From Candidatus Uhrbacteria bacterium (lineage in GTDB: Bacteria; Patescibacteriota; Patescibacteriia; UBA9934; GWF2-40-263): DNA of 64,000 bases. How positions within the stretch are numbered: the stretch's first letter is position 1; each line of letters starts with the position of its first letter. Both the position numbers and the translations under genes were made by a program. Positions 19,393 to 28,683 of this stretch are shown piece after piece. The notes beneath the pieces are model-generated. The model ran no database searches and was not told the origin of the DNA. It worked only from the letters and a program-made list of their open reading frames with translations. The stretch covers positions 12,439-76,438 of the forward strand of contig JBAXQK010000003.1 in assembly GCA_037131775.1 (NCBI GenBank), read 5' to 3'.

Positions 19393-20391
19393 ATGAAATC
19401 CATTCTCGAGCAAAATCTCCGTGACGTCGTCTTCACCGCCATCGGCCACGCGCCGCCCGCGCGGGCGCTTATCGTGTACGACCGCGAGTCGCCGCTGTCG
19501 AATCTGCTGACGGACGCGTACGCCGCCGTCCTTCCGGACGCGACGCTCCTCGACTTTCTATCAACCACGCCCGACGCGGTGCGCGCCGCGATGGACGCGA
19601 TGTCGCCAGGCGACCTCGTCGTCATGGTCCAGTCGACCAGCTTCCGGCTCAACGAGTTCCGGTTCCGCATCGAGCTGTTCAAGCGCGGCCTCGCGGTGAT
19701 CGAGCACCCGCACGTAGCCCGCATCGTGGGCGACGAGGTGCGAACGTACGTCGACGCGCTCGCCTACGACGCCGAGTACTACCGGACGGTCGGCCCGAAG
19801 ATCAAGGCGCTCATCGACGCGGCGAAGCGCATCGTCGTGTCGTGCGACGGCGCCGAGCTCGTCTACGAGACCGCGTTCGAGACCGCGAAGCTGAACATCG
19901 GCGACTACTCTGGCATGACGAACCGCGGCGGGCAGTTCCCCATCGGCGAGGTGTTCACCGAGCCGGCCGACCTCTCGGGCGTAAACGGGACGGTCAAATT
20001 ATTCGCGTTCGGCGGCGCGGACTTCCGCGTCACGATCCCGGAAGAGCCCGTGCTCGTCGTCATCAAGGAAGGCAAGATCGTCGAGACGCCGAACGCGCCC
20101 GAGTCGTTCCTGTCCATCCTCGAACAGATCAAGACCGAGGAAGAGCTCTGGGTCCGCGAGCTCGGCTTCGGCATGAACCGTGCCCTCACCCGCCACCGCT
20201 TCCTCTGCGACGTCGGCAGCTACGAGCGCATGTGCGGCATCCATCTGTCCCTGGGCGCCAAGCATACCATCTACGCAAAGCCCGGCTTCCCGAAGCGCAC
20301 CAGCCGCTTCCATGTGGACGTCTTCGCGGACGTAAAAACCGTCACGATCGACGGCGTGACGGTTTTCAAGGACGGTTCCTACCGCGTGTAG
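19393..20391 (+). CDS. Putative aminopeptidase (M29/AmpS-like), tentative
   Basis: 332 aa; resemblance to the thermophilic metalloprotease family (GFGMN, HVDV blocks); family call uncertain. Confidence 0.5.
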   Translation: MKSILEQNLRDVVFTAIGHAPPARALIVYDRESPLSNLLTDAYAAVLPDATLLDFLSTTPDAVRAAMDAMSPGDLVVMVQSTSFRLNEFRFRIELFKRGLAVIEHPHVARIVGDEVRTYVDALAYDAEYYRTVGPKIKALIDAAKRIVVSCDGAELVYETAFETAKLNIGDYSGMTNRGGQFPIGEVFTEPADLSGVNGTVKLFAFGGADFRVTIPEEPVLVVIKEGKIVETPNAPESFLSILEQIKTEEELWVRELGFGMNRALTRHRFLCDVGSYERMCGIHLSLGAKHTIYAKPGFPKRTSRFHVDVFADVKTVTIDGVTVFKDGSYRV

Positions 20392-20401
20392 CGACACAAC
20401 A

Positions 20402-20425
20402 AGGCCGAAAAAATTCGGCATTTTT
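20402..20425 (+). terminator. Rho-independent terminator (gccgaa-aaaa-ttcggc + T5)
   Basis: Hairpin plus T-tract 11 nt after the stop. Confidence 0.55.
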
Positions 20426-20469
20426 CCACGCGCAAGATATTCACAGCAACGCTTGCCTGCGCGCGAAAA

Positions 20470-20810
20470 TGAGCATACGATATGCCCACTTGTTTTTTAC
20501 CAGAAATCCTGTGACCGTTCCCTCCACCGAAAAACTCCAGAGACTGCTGTCGAGCGAGGCCGTAAAATCGGGCCACACCATGATCCGCGTCATCGGAGGA
20601 CTTACCCGCTATCGAGTCATCGTTCTTCTCAAAAACGCCCCTTCCGGCCTTACCGTCACGGGACTTGCGAGAATTCTCGGGGCTTCCCCATCGCAAATCT
20701 CCCACCAGATTCGTATCTTGAAAAAATACCAGCTCGTCTTCGGCAATCCGGACGGACGCACGGTCACGTACCGCCTGAATGCCAAAAAAGTGGATCCGTT
20801 CCTGGTCTAG
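20470..20810 (+). CDS. ArsR/SmtB-family HTH transcriptional regulator
   Basis: 113 aa; ...LTVTGLARILGASPSQISHQIRILKKYQLV... winged-helix recognition region; start at ATG 20470, not the upstream ORF-track extension. Confidence 0.78.
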
Positions 20811-20816
20811 GGATAA

Positions 20817-20848
20817 GAAAAACATCTCCTCGCGAGATGTTTTTTCAT
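20817..20848. terminator. Bidirectional terminator hairpin (acatctc-ctcgc-gagatgt) with flanking A/T tracts
   Basis: Between the convergent arsR-like (+) and 20869..22125 (-) genes. Confidence 0.55.
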
Positions 20849-20868
20849 TGCGAAAAACCTGCCGCTGG

Positions 20869-22125
20869 CTAGTCGCGCGTTTCCCGGATGCTGTCCATCA
20901 CGTACTGGCGAAACCTCCGCAGGCGCTGTCTCAGGCGCTTCCCCGCCCCCGCGACGTTTTCCATGTCCCGGATCGTCATCTTCCCCGGCTTCCCGCAGAC
21001 GGAAAGGTCGCTGGCATCCGCCTGGATCTCGTCGAATGCCGTTGCCACGTCGCGGCGGGCAATGTCCGCGTACCAGCCGGCCGCGGCCCTCTGGCGGCAG
21101 CGAACCTCCCATCCCGCAAGGAACCCAAGGAGGACGAGGATGCCGACGGCGACGTCAAACTGCCACTTGGAAATTTGCGTTCCGCGGAAGACGAACAACG
21201 GGCGGCTGGCAACGGGCAGTTCCATCCGCACGGGAAGGCTTACGGCCCCGCGGTCATCGCCCGCCGCGACGGAAACAATGTAGTCGCCCGCCTTCAGCGG
21301 CTCGTCAAACCGCGCGCTCCATGAGCCGTCGGCCCCAGGAGCGACCGTGGCGGTTCCGATCGGCTCTCCGGAACGAGACGCCAGCGAGACGGACAGGCGC
21401 GTCCCCTGCCCCGCGGTTCCGCCAACCTCCAGGCCGCCCTCTCCCGCGTACAGGTCCGTGGTGACGGGGTTGAGCGTCGGCGACGGGATGGGAACGATCC
21501 TGAGCGCGGAGGACGCGGACGTGCGGTTTCCCGCGAGATCGATCGCGTCCACGTGGACGACATGATCGCCAACGGCAAGACCCGCGACCGAATAGGTCTC
21601 CTCCTTCGTCCGAACGGGCAGCTCCCCGTCGACGAAAATCTCGTAGGTCGCGAGACCGGAAAGATCGTCCTCGGTCCGATAGGAAACGGAAACGGTCGGG
21701 TTGTCCGTCACGGGAGCCGGGGCGATCGTCAGAGCGAACGGCGCGGGAGAAACCGTGTCGACCGCCAGCCGAACGTGCGTGGTTGCCCCCCACCCTGCCG
21801 CGTTCCCGCCTCGGACGTGCAGGTACCAGATCCCGTCCGACGGAACCTGGAACGTCTTTCCCGCGATCGCGCCCTCCCCCACCGTCGGATCGAACAGGAT
21901 CGCCTGGTTCAGGGCCGTGGCAACGTCGGTCACGCCGGCCTCCAGGCTCCATTCCGCGCGAACGGGTTCCCGCGAGCCATGCCACGCGGAAGAATCCGGA
22001 TAGGCCGAAACGCGGACCGAAACGGCTTCCGGCGGGAACGCCAACGGAAGCGGCGCGGCCATGGCCGCACGGCCCGCAAGCAGAGCGCAGAAGGAAATTG
22101 CAATTCGGAATGTGCGAAGGCCCAT
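20869..22125 (-). CDS. Secreted Ig-like/BIG-domain surface protein with C-terminal TM anchor
   Basis: Signal peptide, repeated beta-sandwich-like segments (VSVSYRTEDDLSGLATYEIFVDG...), C-terminal hydrophobic helix plus basic tail. Confidence 0.65.
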   Translation of the reverse strand: MGLRTFRIAISFCALLAGRAAMAAPLPLAFPPEAVSVRVSAYPDSSAWHGSREPVRAEWSLEAGVTDVATALNQAILFDPTVGEGAIAGKTFQVPSDGIWYLHVRGGNAAGWGATTHVRLAVDTVSPAPFALTIAPAPVTDNPTVSVSYRTEDDLSGLATYEIFVDGELPVRTKEETYSVAGLAVGDHVVHVDAIDLAGNRTSASSALRIVPIPSPTLNPVTTDLYAGEGGLEVGGTAGQGTRLSVSLASRSGEPIGTATVAPGADGSWSARFDEPLKAGDYIVSVAAGDDRGAVSLPVRMELPVASRPLFVFRGTQISKWQFDVAVGILVLLGFLAGWEVRCRQRAAAGWYADIARRDVATAFDEIQADASDLSVCGKPGKMTIRDMENVAGAGKRLRQRLRRFRQYVMDSIRETRD

Positions 22126-22146
22126 AGGAGGGAACGGTGCGAATGG

Positions 22147-23778
22147 TTAATCCGCGCCAAAGGTGAACGTATACAAGGAAACGCCCGCCGCCGGGATCGT
22201 CAGCTCCAGCAGATGATCCCCGACGCCCGTCTCGGCACCCAGGAGCGTATAGAGCCGATCGCCGGAAATAACGACGGAGTCACGAGCGATTCCGTCGACA
22301 GATACTCCGATCGCGGTCGGGGTCGTTGCGCTCGCGACAAGATAAACCTGTTTTGCCTGGAATCGATACCTCACGAGATCATCCGACGACGTGCTTACCG
22401 CGGCATCCGAGCGTATGTTCCACGTTCCGCCAAGAACGAGCGCGCCCGACGGCACGGACGGGTTCGGGACAAACGTCTGAAGACCGGAGACCCCCTTCTT
22501 TCCGTTCGCGAGAAACGCATTGCGGCCGGATCCAAAGTACGTCTCGGGGCTGGTCGGCCCGGACGCGAAGGACGGCTCTGGCATCGACAGAACATCCGTA
22601 TCAAGACCGAGCAGCTCGCGAATCTTTGCCTCTGTCTCAGCGTCGCCCCCTTCCCCGACGTGGTCATACGCGATGTTGCCCTGGAGATCGATCAGGTATT
22701 TGCGCGGCCAGTACTTGTTGCCATACGCGTTCCATGTTCCGTAATCGTTGTCGAGGACGACGGGAAACGTGATGCCAAACCGTCGCATCGCGTCCCGGAC
22801 GTTGTCGATGTCCTTTTCGAACGAGAACTCCGGCGTGTGAATCCCGATGATCTCAAGCCCTTGGTCGCGATACTTCTTGTCCCACCCGACCAGGTACGGG
22901 AAGGTGCGGATGCAGTTGATGCAGCTGTACGTCATGAAGTCGATCAGCACGACCTTTTTGCCGATAAGCGGCCCGATCGTGATCGGATCGGAATTGACGA
23001 AGCCCGAGGGACTGGCGATCTCGTGGTAGCGCCCCAAGGAAACCGACGACGCGGGCGGCGATCGCTCAAGCAGCGATCGCTCGAGTCCCGTCACGGTCGG
23101 ATATCCGTGATTCGCGAGCCACACCTCGACGGGAACGACGCTTCCCGTCGCGACAACGAGCCCGACGACGACGAACAGCGCTCCGATTGCCTTCTTGAAC
23201 CATCCGTTCGGATCCGCAAGGAATCGGACGCGTCGAATCAACCGCTGTCCCGCGAGACTGATCGCCAGCAGCGCGGCGGACAATCCGGCGGAGTAAACGA
23301 CGAGGTAGACCGTCCCGACGAGAACGCTCTGCGGCAAGACGGTCGCGAGGATGAGAAAGTACGTCGGCGAGCAGCTGGAGAAGACCGGGCCAAGCGAGAT
23401 GCCGATGAGGACGTCGCCTGCGAACCCGGACCTCTTCGCCGAACCGTCAAGCAGGGCGTCGGCATTCTTTTGCAAGGAAAATCGCCCGCTGATCTTTTCC
23501 CATACGCTCGGAAACAGCGAGACAAGCCCGAAAGCGATCAGCATCCCGCCGGAAACGGACATCCACACCGCCTGCGGGACGGACACGAACGCGGCACTGA
23601 ACTTCAGCAGCAGCGTGAACGCGACGATCGACGCGGCAAGCGAGACCGCGATGACGAACGGGTTCCTCCGTCGCGCGTCCTGCGCCGCCCCGCCGACGAT
23701 GATCGGAAGAAGCGGGAGAACGCACGGGGCGAGGACGGTGAGGACGCCCGAGAGGAATGAGACGAGGAGCAGGCCCAT
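22147..23778 (-). CDS. Fusion: CcdA/DsbD-like transmembrane thiol-disulfide transporter + TlpA/ResA-like thioredoxin domain + C-terminal domain of unknown function
   Basis: N-terminal 6-TM domain with TM Cys (LAPCVLP, SSCSPTYF); periplasmic redoxin domain with CINC active site (YSCINCIRTFPYL); ~150-aa beta-rich tail. Confidence 0.78.
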   Translation of the reverse strand: MGLLLVSFLSGVLTVLAPCVLPLLPIIVGGAAQDARRRNPFVIAVSLAASIVAFTLLLKFSAAFVSVPQAVWMSVSGGMLIAFGLVSLFPSVWEKISGRFSLQKNADALLDGSAKRSGFAGDVLIGISLGPVFSSCSPTYFLILATVLPQSVLVGTVYLVVYSAGLSAALLAISLAGQRLIRRVRFLADPNGWFKKAIGALFVVVGLVVATGSVVPVEVWLANHGYPTVTGLERSLLERSPPASSVSLGRYHEIASPSGFVNSDPITIGPLIGKKVVLIDFMTYSCINCIRTFPYLVGWDKKYRDQGLEIIGIHTPEFSFEKDIDNVRDAMRRFGITFPVVLDNDYGTWNAYGNKYWPRKYLIDLQGNIAYDHVGEGGDAETEAKIRELLGLDTDVLSMPEPSFASGPTSPETYFGSGRNAFLANGKKGVSGLQTFVPNPSVPSGALVLGGTWNIRSDAAVSTSSDDLVRYRFQAKQVYLVASATTPTAIGVSVDGIARDSVVISGDRLYTLLGAETGVGDHLLELTIPAAGVSLYTFTFGAD

Positions 23779-23819
23779 AGGGACATGTGGGTGTGTGAGT
23801 AGTTTGTAGGTTGGGGCGG

Positions 23820-24395
23820 CTAAAGAGCCGCGATCGCGTCCCAGACGTCTTTGCGGTTCTTGGCCGAGTCGACGGAGTGCGAGACGACGGGGATACCCGG
23901 GTACGTGACGGCGAGTCCGCCGACAAGCGTTGCCAGCTGCTGCGAAGAGAGCTTGTCGACCTTGTTGGCGACGATGGTAAACGGAACCTTGTGCGTTCGC
24001 AAAAACAGGAGCATGTCGCGGTCGAGGTCGGTCGGGCCGAGGCGGGCGTCGATCATGAGGAGGACGCGTCGGAGCTGGGACGTCTTTCGAACGTATGTCC
24101 GAACCATCTCGGCGAAATCGACGCGAATCTTCTGCGACTTGCGCGCGTAGCCGTATCCCGGTAGGTCGACGAGGTAGTACGCCCGGTCGATCTCGAACAG
24201 GTTCACGGTCTGCGTCCGGCCCGGCGACGAGCTGACGTGGGCAAGCGACTTCTGCTGCGTTAGGTGGTTGATAAGCGAGCTCTTTCCCACGTTCGAACGG
24301 CCAACGATCGCCACGTGCGGCTTCTCGTCGAACGGCAGGTCGTCGACCCTCGTGACGCTTTTGACGAACTTTGCTACCATACGGCTGGAATGCAT
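23820..24395 (-). CDS. engB: Ribosome biogenesis GTPase EngB/YsxC/YihA
   Basis: VAIVGRSNVGKSSLINHLT (G1), DLPGYGY (G3), NKVDK (G4). Confidence 0.9.
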   Translation of the reverse strand: MHSSRMVAKFVKSVTRVDDLPFDEKPHVAIVGRSNVGKSSLINHLTQQKSLAHVSSSPGRTQTVNLFEIDRAYYLVDLPGYGYARKSQKIRVDFAEMVRTYVRKTSQLRRVLLMIDARLGPTDLDRDMLLFLRTHKVPFTIVANKVDKLSSQQLATLVGGLAVTYPGIPVVSHSVDSAKNRKDVWDAIAAL

Positions 24396-24434
24396 CGGTT
24401 AAATCTCAGCTATTTATAGCATTTTTATCAGGAT

Positions 24435-25064
24435 ATGCAAAACATCATCGATGCGCTCAACTGGCGCTACGCCGTCAAAACGTTCGACCCGGCCAAGTCC
24501 GTCTCCGATGAGAGCTTCCGAATGATCCTCGAGGCCGGCCGCCTGGCGCCGAGCTCGTTCGGAATCGAGTCGTGGAAATTCATCGTCGTCGAGAACCCCG
24601 AGCTCCGCGCGAAGCTCCGCGCCGTGAGCTACGGACAGACGAAGGTGACCGACGCGACCCATATCGTGGTCATGGCCGCCCGAACGGACGTGTCGGCTCT
24701 CGCCGGAGAGCTGGTGGAGCGCACGGCGCGGATCCAGGGCGTCGACGCCGCTTCGCTCGACGGATTGAAAAACATGGTGGACGGCTACGTCGCGGGAATG
24801 AGCGCCGAGAAGGCCCTTGCCTACGCGCGCGAGCAAACGTTCATCGCGCTCGGCATGATGGTGGAGACCGCCGCTCTGCTCGGCGTCGACTCCTGCCCGA
24901 TGGGCGGGTTCGACCAGGCCGGAGTGGACGCGCTGCTCGGACTGTCCGCGCAGAACCTGACGGCATGCTCGATGCTCGCCGTCGGCTACCGCGGCGACGA
25001 CGAAACCGCCAGCCGGCCGAAGGTGCGCCGCGCGTTCGACGAGGTCGTCGAGTTCGTCCGCTAG
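24435..25064 (+). CDS. NAD(P)H nitroreductase-family oxidoreductase
   Basis: MQNIIDALNWRYAVKTFDP...APSSFGIESWKF... nitroreductase fold signature. Confidence 0.85.
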   Translation: MQNIIDALNWRYAVKTFDPAKSVSDESFRMILEAGRLAPSSFGIESWKFIVVENPELRAKLRAVSYGQTKVTDATHIVVMAARTDVSALAGELVERTARIQGVDAASLDGLKNMVDGYVAGMSAEKALAYAREQTFIALGMMVETAALLGVDSCPMGGFDQAGVDALLGLSAQNLTACSMLAVGYRGDDETASRPKVRRAFDEVVEFVR

Positions 25065-25074
25065 CCGACAGAGA

Positions 25075-25111
25075 AAAGATCCCACGCGATGAATCGCGTG
25101 GGATCTTTTAT
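25075..25111. terminator. Bidirectional rho-independent terminator (gatcccacgcg-atgaat-cgcgtgggatc + T4)
   Basis: 11-bp stem shared by convergent genes. Confidence 0.6.
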
Positions 25112-25115
25112 TGGC

Positions 25116-25283
25116 TTATTCCTCGCTGGAATCGTCGGTGTCCTGCGGCGACCACCAGATGACATAGTTCTTGTCGTTGCTCGAACACTGGTATTCGTGC
25201 ACATTATATGCCCCGCCGTCCTTCCCCTTGCTCGGATATCCCGTTACGTGCGTCATCGATCCTCCGCAGGTTGGGCAGTTCAT
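25116..25283 (-). CDS. Small zinc-ribbon-like protein (55 aa; CPTC...C)
   Basis: MNCPTCGGSMTHVTGYPSKGKDGGAYNVHEYQCSSNDKNYVIWWSPQDTDDSSEE; below ORF-track cutoff; convergent with the nitroreductase gene. Confidence 0.4.
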   Translation of the reverse strand: MNCPTCGGSMTHVTGYPSKGKDGGAYNVHEYQCSSNDKNYVIWWSPQDTDDSSEE

Positions 25284-25294
25284 AGCGTTTTCAC

Positions 25295-25567
25295 TTACGA
25301 ATTATTGTTCTCAAACTCCGTATTCAGCTCCTTGTACTTCCCGAGCCGGTACGACGCCCTCGCGCGCTCGGCGTCGGTCCTGAGGCGCTCGTCTGGATGC
25401 AGGCCATCGACGATTTTCTGCTGGAGTCGAATTTCCATCGCAACTCCCGCGCGCGCATTGTCCCCGTTCGACGCGAATGCCTCGCGGAGAAATGTCGCTT
25501 GCTCATCCATGTCGGCGACCGTTTCTGCGTCGACGGTCTGCGGGCGGAAGGATTCTCGTTCGATCAT
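25295..25567 (-). CDS. Hypothetical protein (start uncertain; longest ORF extends to 25681)
   Basis: ORF MIERESFRPQTVDAETVADMDEQATFLREAF...; alternative upstream starts overlap the EVE gene. Confidence 0.4.
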   Translation of the reverse strand: MIERESFRPQTVDAETVADMDEQATFLREAFASNGDNARAGVAMEIRLQQKIVDGLHPDERLRTDAERARASYRLGKYKELNTEFENNNS

Positions 25568-25638
25568 AGCGGTAACAGTGTAGCCAAACGACCGCGGAAA
25601 GACAAACCAATGCGCGGCCAAGACGCCGGCATCTTGCG

Positions 25639-26091
25639 TCATGAGACGAGAAGAACGTGCCCCGTTATAATGGACTTCCACTCTCCGGCGGTAACCGGCT
25701 GAACGGACAGCCTTGAGTTGTTCAGCAGGACCATCTCCGCGAGCGCCGGAATTTTCTTCATGTCCCCAAGCGTCAGGTCTCGTTCGAACGGACGCACCGG
25801 CTCGATGTCGACCGCCACCCAGTCGGTCCCGGAGGACCGTCCTGAGGCTCCTCGAAGGGCCCCTTCCGTCGCCGTCTCGTCCGGATATGCCGCCCGGACG
25901 ATCTTTGCGATCCCCTTGATCGCCTTCTCTCCTCCCGAATGATACACGAACGCAAGGTCGCCGACCCTCATGGCACGCAGCGTATTCCGCGCCAGATAAT
26001 TACGCACGCCTGTCCAGGACGTCCTCTTGTCCTGGACGAGGTCGTCCCAGGAATAGGTCGACGGCTCGGTCTTGAGAAGCCAGTGGTTCAT
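25639..26091 (-). CDS. EVE (PUA-like) domain protein
   Basis: MNHWLLKTEPSTYSWDDLVQDKRTSWTGVRNYLARNTLRAMRVGDLAFVYHSG... typical EVE signature. Confidence 0.8.
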   Translation of the reverse strand: MNHWLLKTEPSTYSWDDLVQDKRTSWTGVRNYLARNTLRAMRVGDLAFVYHSGGEKAIKGIAKIVRAAYPDETATEGALRGASGRSSGTDWVAVDIEPVRPFERDLTLGDMKKIPALAEMVLLNNSRLSVQPVTAGEWKSIITGHVLLVS

Positions 26092-26144
26092 ACCGGCGCA
26101 TTATAGCAAAAGAACCCCGGGTTGGCGTTCCATTCGTTTTCAAT

Positions 26145-26819
26145 CTATTCCGGTGTCGTTCTGTCGGCAAAGACCACGAGCCGATCGGGATACTGCCCGG
26201 CCAGCTTGTCCCATTTCCCGCCGCAGGTAATCAGGTTCAGATGGGCGTTTCCGTCGTCCGAGACGAAGACGGCCGTCGCGTCCGCGGCGGCATCGTACGT
26301 TCGAATTTCACGAACGACGAACGTGACGACAGCCCCCGCGTCGTCCTCGATCACGATCTCATCCCCTGGCCGCGCGTCCTTCAGATTCTTGAACGCGCCG
26401 GTCTGCCCGGCGTACCAGTCCACGTGCCCGTCGATGACCGCGCTCCCGGTTTCTCCAGGACGCTGGCCGTAAGAATACCAACCCGCGTCAAGCGGAAGCG
26501 CGGGAACGTCCATGGCCCCGTCCTTCGTGAGACCGACGGACTCGACGACCGCGTCAATGCCGATCCTCTGGATCCGAATGCGCGCCGGAATTCCAACCCC
26601 TATCACCGCGTCGATCGGCGGGACGATCGCCGCGCGTGCGATTTCTAAGGGACCCGTCCCGACCGTCGCGACGGTCGCGGACGTCGGGAACGCAAACGCG
26701 ACGACGCCTCCCCAAAGCAGAACGTCCGTGATCGCAAAGAGTGCGATCACGGACGTCTCCAGGATGAATCCGTCACGGAGCTGTTTCATAACGGTTCGCA
26801 TCGCATTTCTATTTTTCAT
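26145..26819 (-). CDS. Sortase (class E/F-like transpeptidase)
   Basis: N-terminal TM; catalytic His (IDGHVDW), TLxTC (LNLITCGG), Arg (RLVVFADR). Confidence 0.85.
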   Translation of the reverse strand: MKNRNAMRTVMKQLRDGFILETSVIALFAITDVLLWGGVVAFAFPTSATVATVGTGPLEIARAAIVPPIDAVIGVGIPARIRIQRIGIDAVVESVGLTKDGAMDVPALPLDAGWYSYGQRPGETGSAVIDGHVDWYAGQTGAFKNLKDARPGDEIVIEDDAGAVVTFVVREIRTYDAAADATAVFVSDDGNAHLNLITCGGKWDKLAGQYPDRLVVFADRTTPE

Positions 26820-28588
26820 TTCGCACCTTTCTCACGACGGAGAGCAGGCTCGACAGGGCAACGAATCCGGCCGCGAGAAGAACCCACGTCGGAACCGCCC
26901 GCGTCGACTCAATCCCCGTGTTTGGAAGCGACGGAACAATGCGGGCGGCCACGACGACGGTCGCGATCGCGAAGTCCCTCACGGTGAATCCGTTCGCCAA
27001 CCCGCTCGCGACGGCGGTATTCGTCGTGGTCGCGGTGAGATTCGAGCTGCAGGTGTATTTCCAGGATTCCGTCACGTCGAGGAGCGAATTGCCGTTCGTA
27101 TCGCCGGACACGATAGTTCACCGGGCTGCACTTGTCATCCGAGAGTACAACGGCACCAAGCGGGACCGTTCCCGGGTTCGTGATCGTTTCGGTATAGGTC
27201 ACCGTTCCGCCGCCGGCAGAAAGAGTCAGTGGGTTCGGAACCTTCGTGACGTGGATCAACGGCGGGACAAGCGGGACGCCGACCACGACGGTGGCGCTCG
27301 CGACGTCCACCGCGCTCAAGCCGTTGGCCCATCCGGTGGCCACGACCGTGTTCGTGTGCGTCTTCAACAGCGTCGTGGAACAGGCGTACTTCCAGGTCTC
27401 CGTGACGTCCAGCTTTGAGTCGCCGTTGGTATCGCCCGAGACGAGCACGACGGGAGAGCAGCTGTCGTCGACCATCGTCACGTTCGTCATCGGAACCGTA
27501 CCGATATTTCGGGCCGTGTACGTGTACTGGACCAGTCCGGGACCGTCCGGCAACGCCAGCGGACTCGGCACCTTTACGACATCGATAAGCGGCGGCACGG
27601 GCGGCACGGGCACGGGAGCGCCGATGTCATTGTTCGTAATGATGCAGATGGCGTTTTGTGCCGGGTTCAGGTAAACGAGGCCGTTCGCATCGCAGTCGCC
27701 GGAAAACGACGCGGCATACTTCTCGTTCGAAGTCTCGGATACCGTGTATGGGACGGCATTGTTGCTGAAGGAAAAATTGGTCGTCGATCCAGACGTGACC
27801 GCCACTCCGTTGATGAACAGCGGAAAACTGGAGACGATCGCGGTTCCGCCGTTGTCGTTGACGACGGTCTTCACGACGGTGATCGTTCCCGTGTATCCGC
27901 TTGCGCTGCTGGACGACGGAACCGAGCAAGTCGGCCCGGAAACGGCGTTGCCGGACATCGTCACCTCGGCCGTCCGCGCGAAAGCCCTTCTATCCAGGCT
28001 GGCTCCCGCCGCCATGGTGATGCTGGTATCCGCGAGGATATTTCCAACGAACGCGCTGCCCGCGCCGAACGTGGCGGTACTCACGACTCCCCACCACGCG
28101 TTGCACGCAAGCCCTCCTCCCGCGAACACCACTTGCGAGGCGGCGCCCGTGACGATCAGGTCGCTGGCCGACCTGAGGATCCAGACGTCGGCTGAATTTC
28201 CGGAAAGGGTGAGCGTTCCGTTCGTCAGGTGAAAGGAATCCGCACAGTAGACGCCGGGAGGAAGGACCTCTCCGGCCAGCTCGTGGATGCCCAATCCCGT
28301 ATAGTCCGTGCCGCCGTCGGATCCGCATCCCGGGACCGCGAGGTCCGCGTACGCGTCATTCCGATCCGCCATGGCCCCCGCCGCGATTCCGCCGCCGTCC
28401 GCGTCATACAGGATGCCCCCCATCGACGTCGACCCGGATTCGACGTAATGAGGTCCCGGGCCGATGCCCGGGCTGATGCCGATGTCGCCGCTCACCGTTG
28501 ACGCTCCGGTGTTCGTCACTTCGGATCCGGCCAGTATCGAGAACGTGGATGCCGTGCCAAGGTGTGAAATTATAACGACTTCTGCCAC
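26809..28588 (-). pseudogene. LPNTG-anchored surface protein with three DUF11-like repeats; reading frame broken by an apparent single-nt indel near 27108-27115
   Basis: Repeat 3 (…LSDDKCSPV) continues in another frame as SGDTNGNSLLDVTESWKYTCSS…IVPSLPNTG + hydrophobic stretch + RKVRNEK; the 559-aa frame ends in Arg-rich nonsense. Confidence 0.65.
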
Positions 28589-28594
28589 GCAGGA

Positions 28595-28640
28595 ATCATA
28601 TCATGTTTTTTCAAATTTTGATATTTTTTTCAAATTTCAC
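28595..28640 (-). promoter_or_regulatory. AT-rich upstream region with direct repeat TTTTTTCAAATTT x2; likely promoter/UP element of the surface-protein/sortase operon
   Basis: Only strongly AT-rich stretch in the neighbourhood; directly upstream of the 28588 start. Confidence 0.3.
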
Positions 28641-28683
28641 CCGAACAGGGAAAAAACCGTGTGTACCGCCTCTTCGTTCGAAC

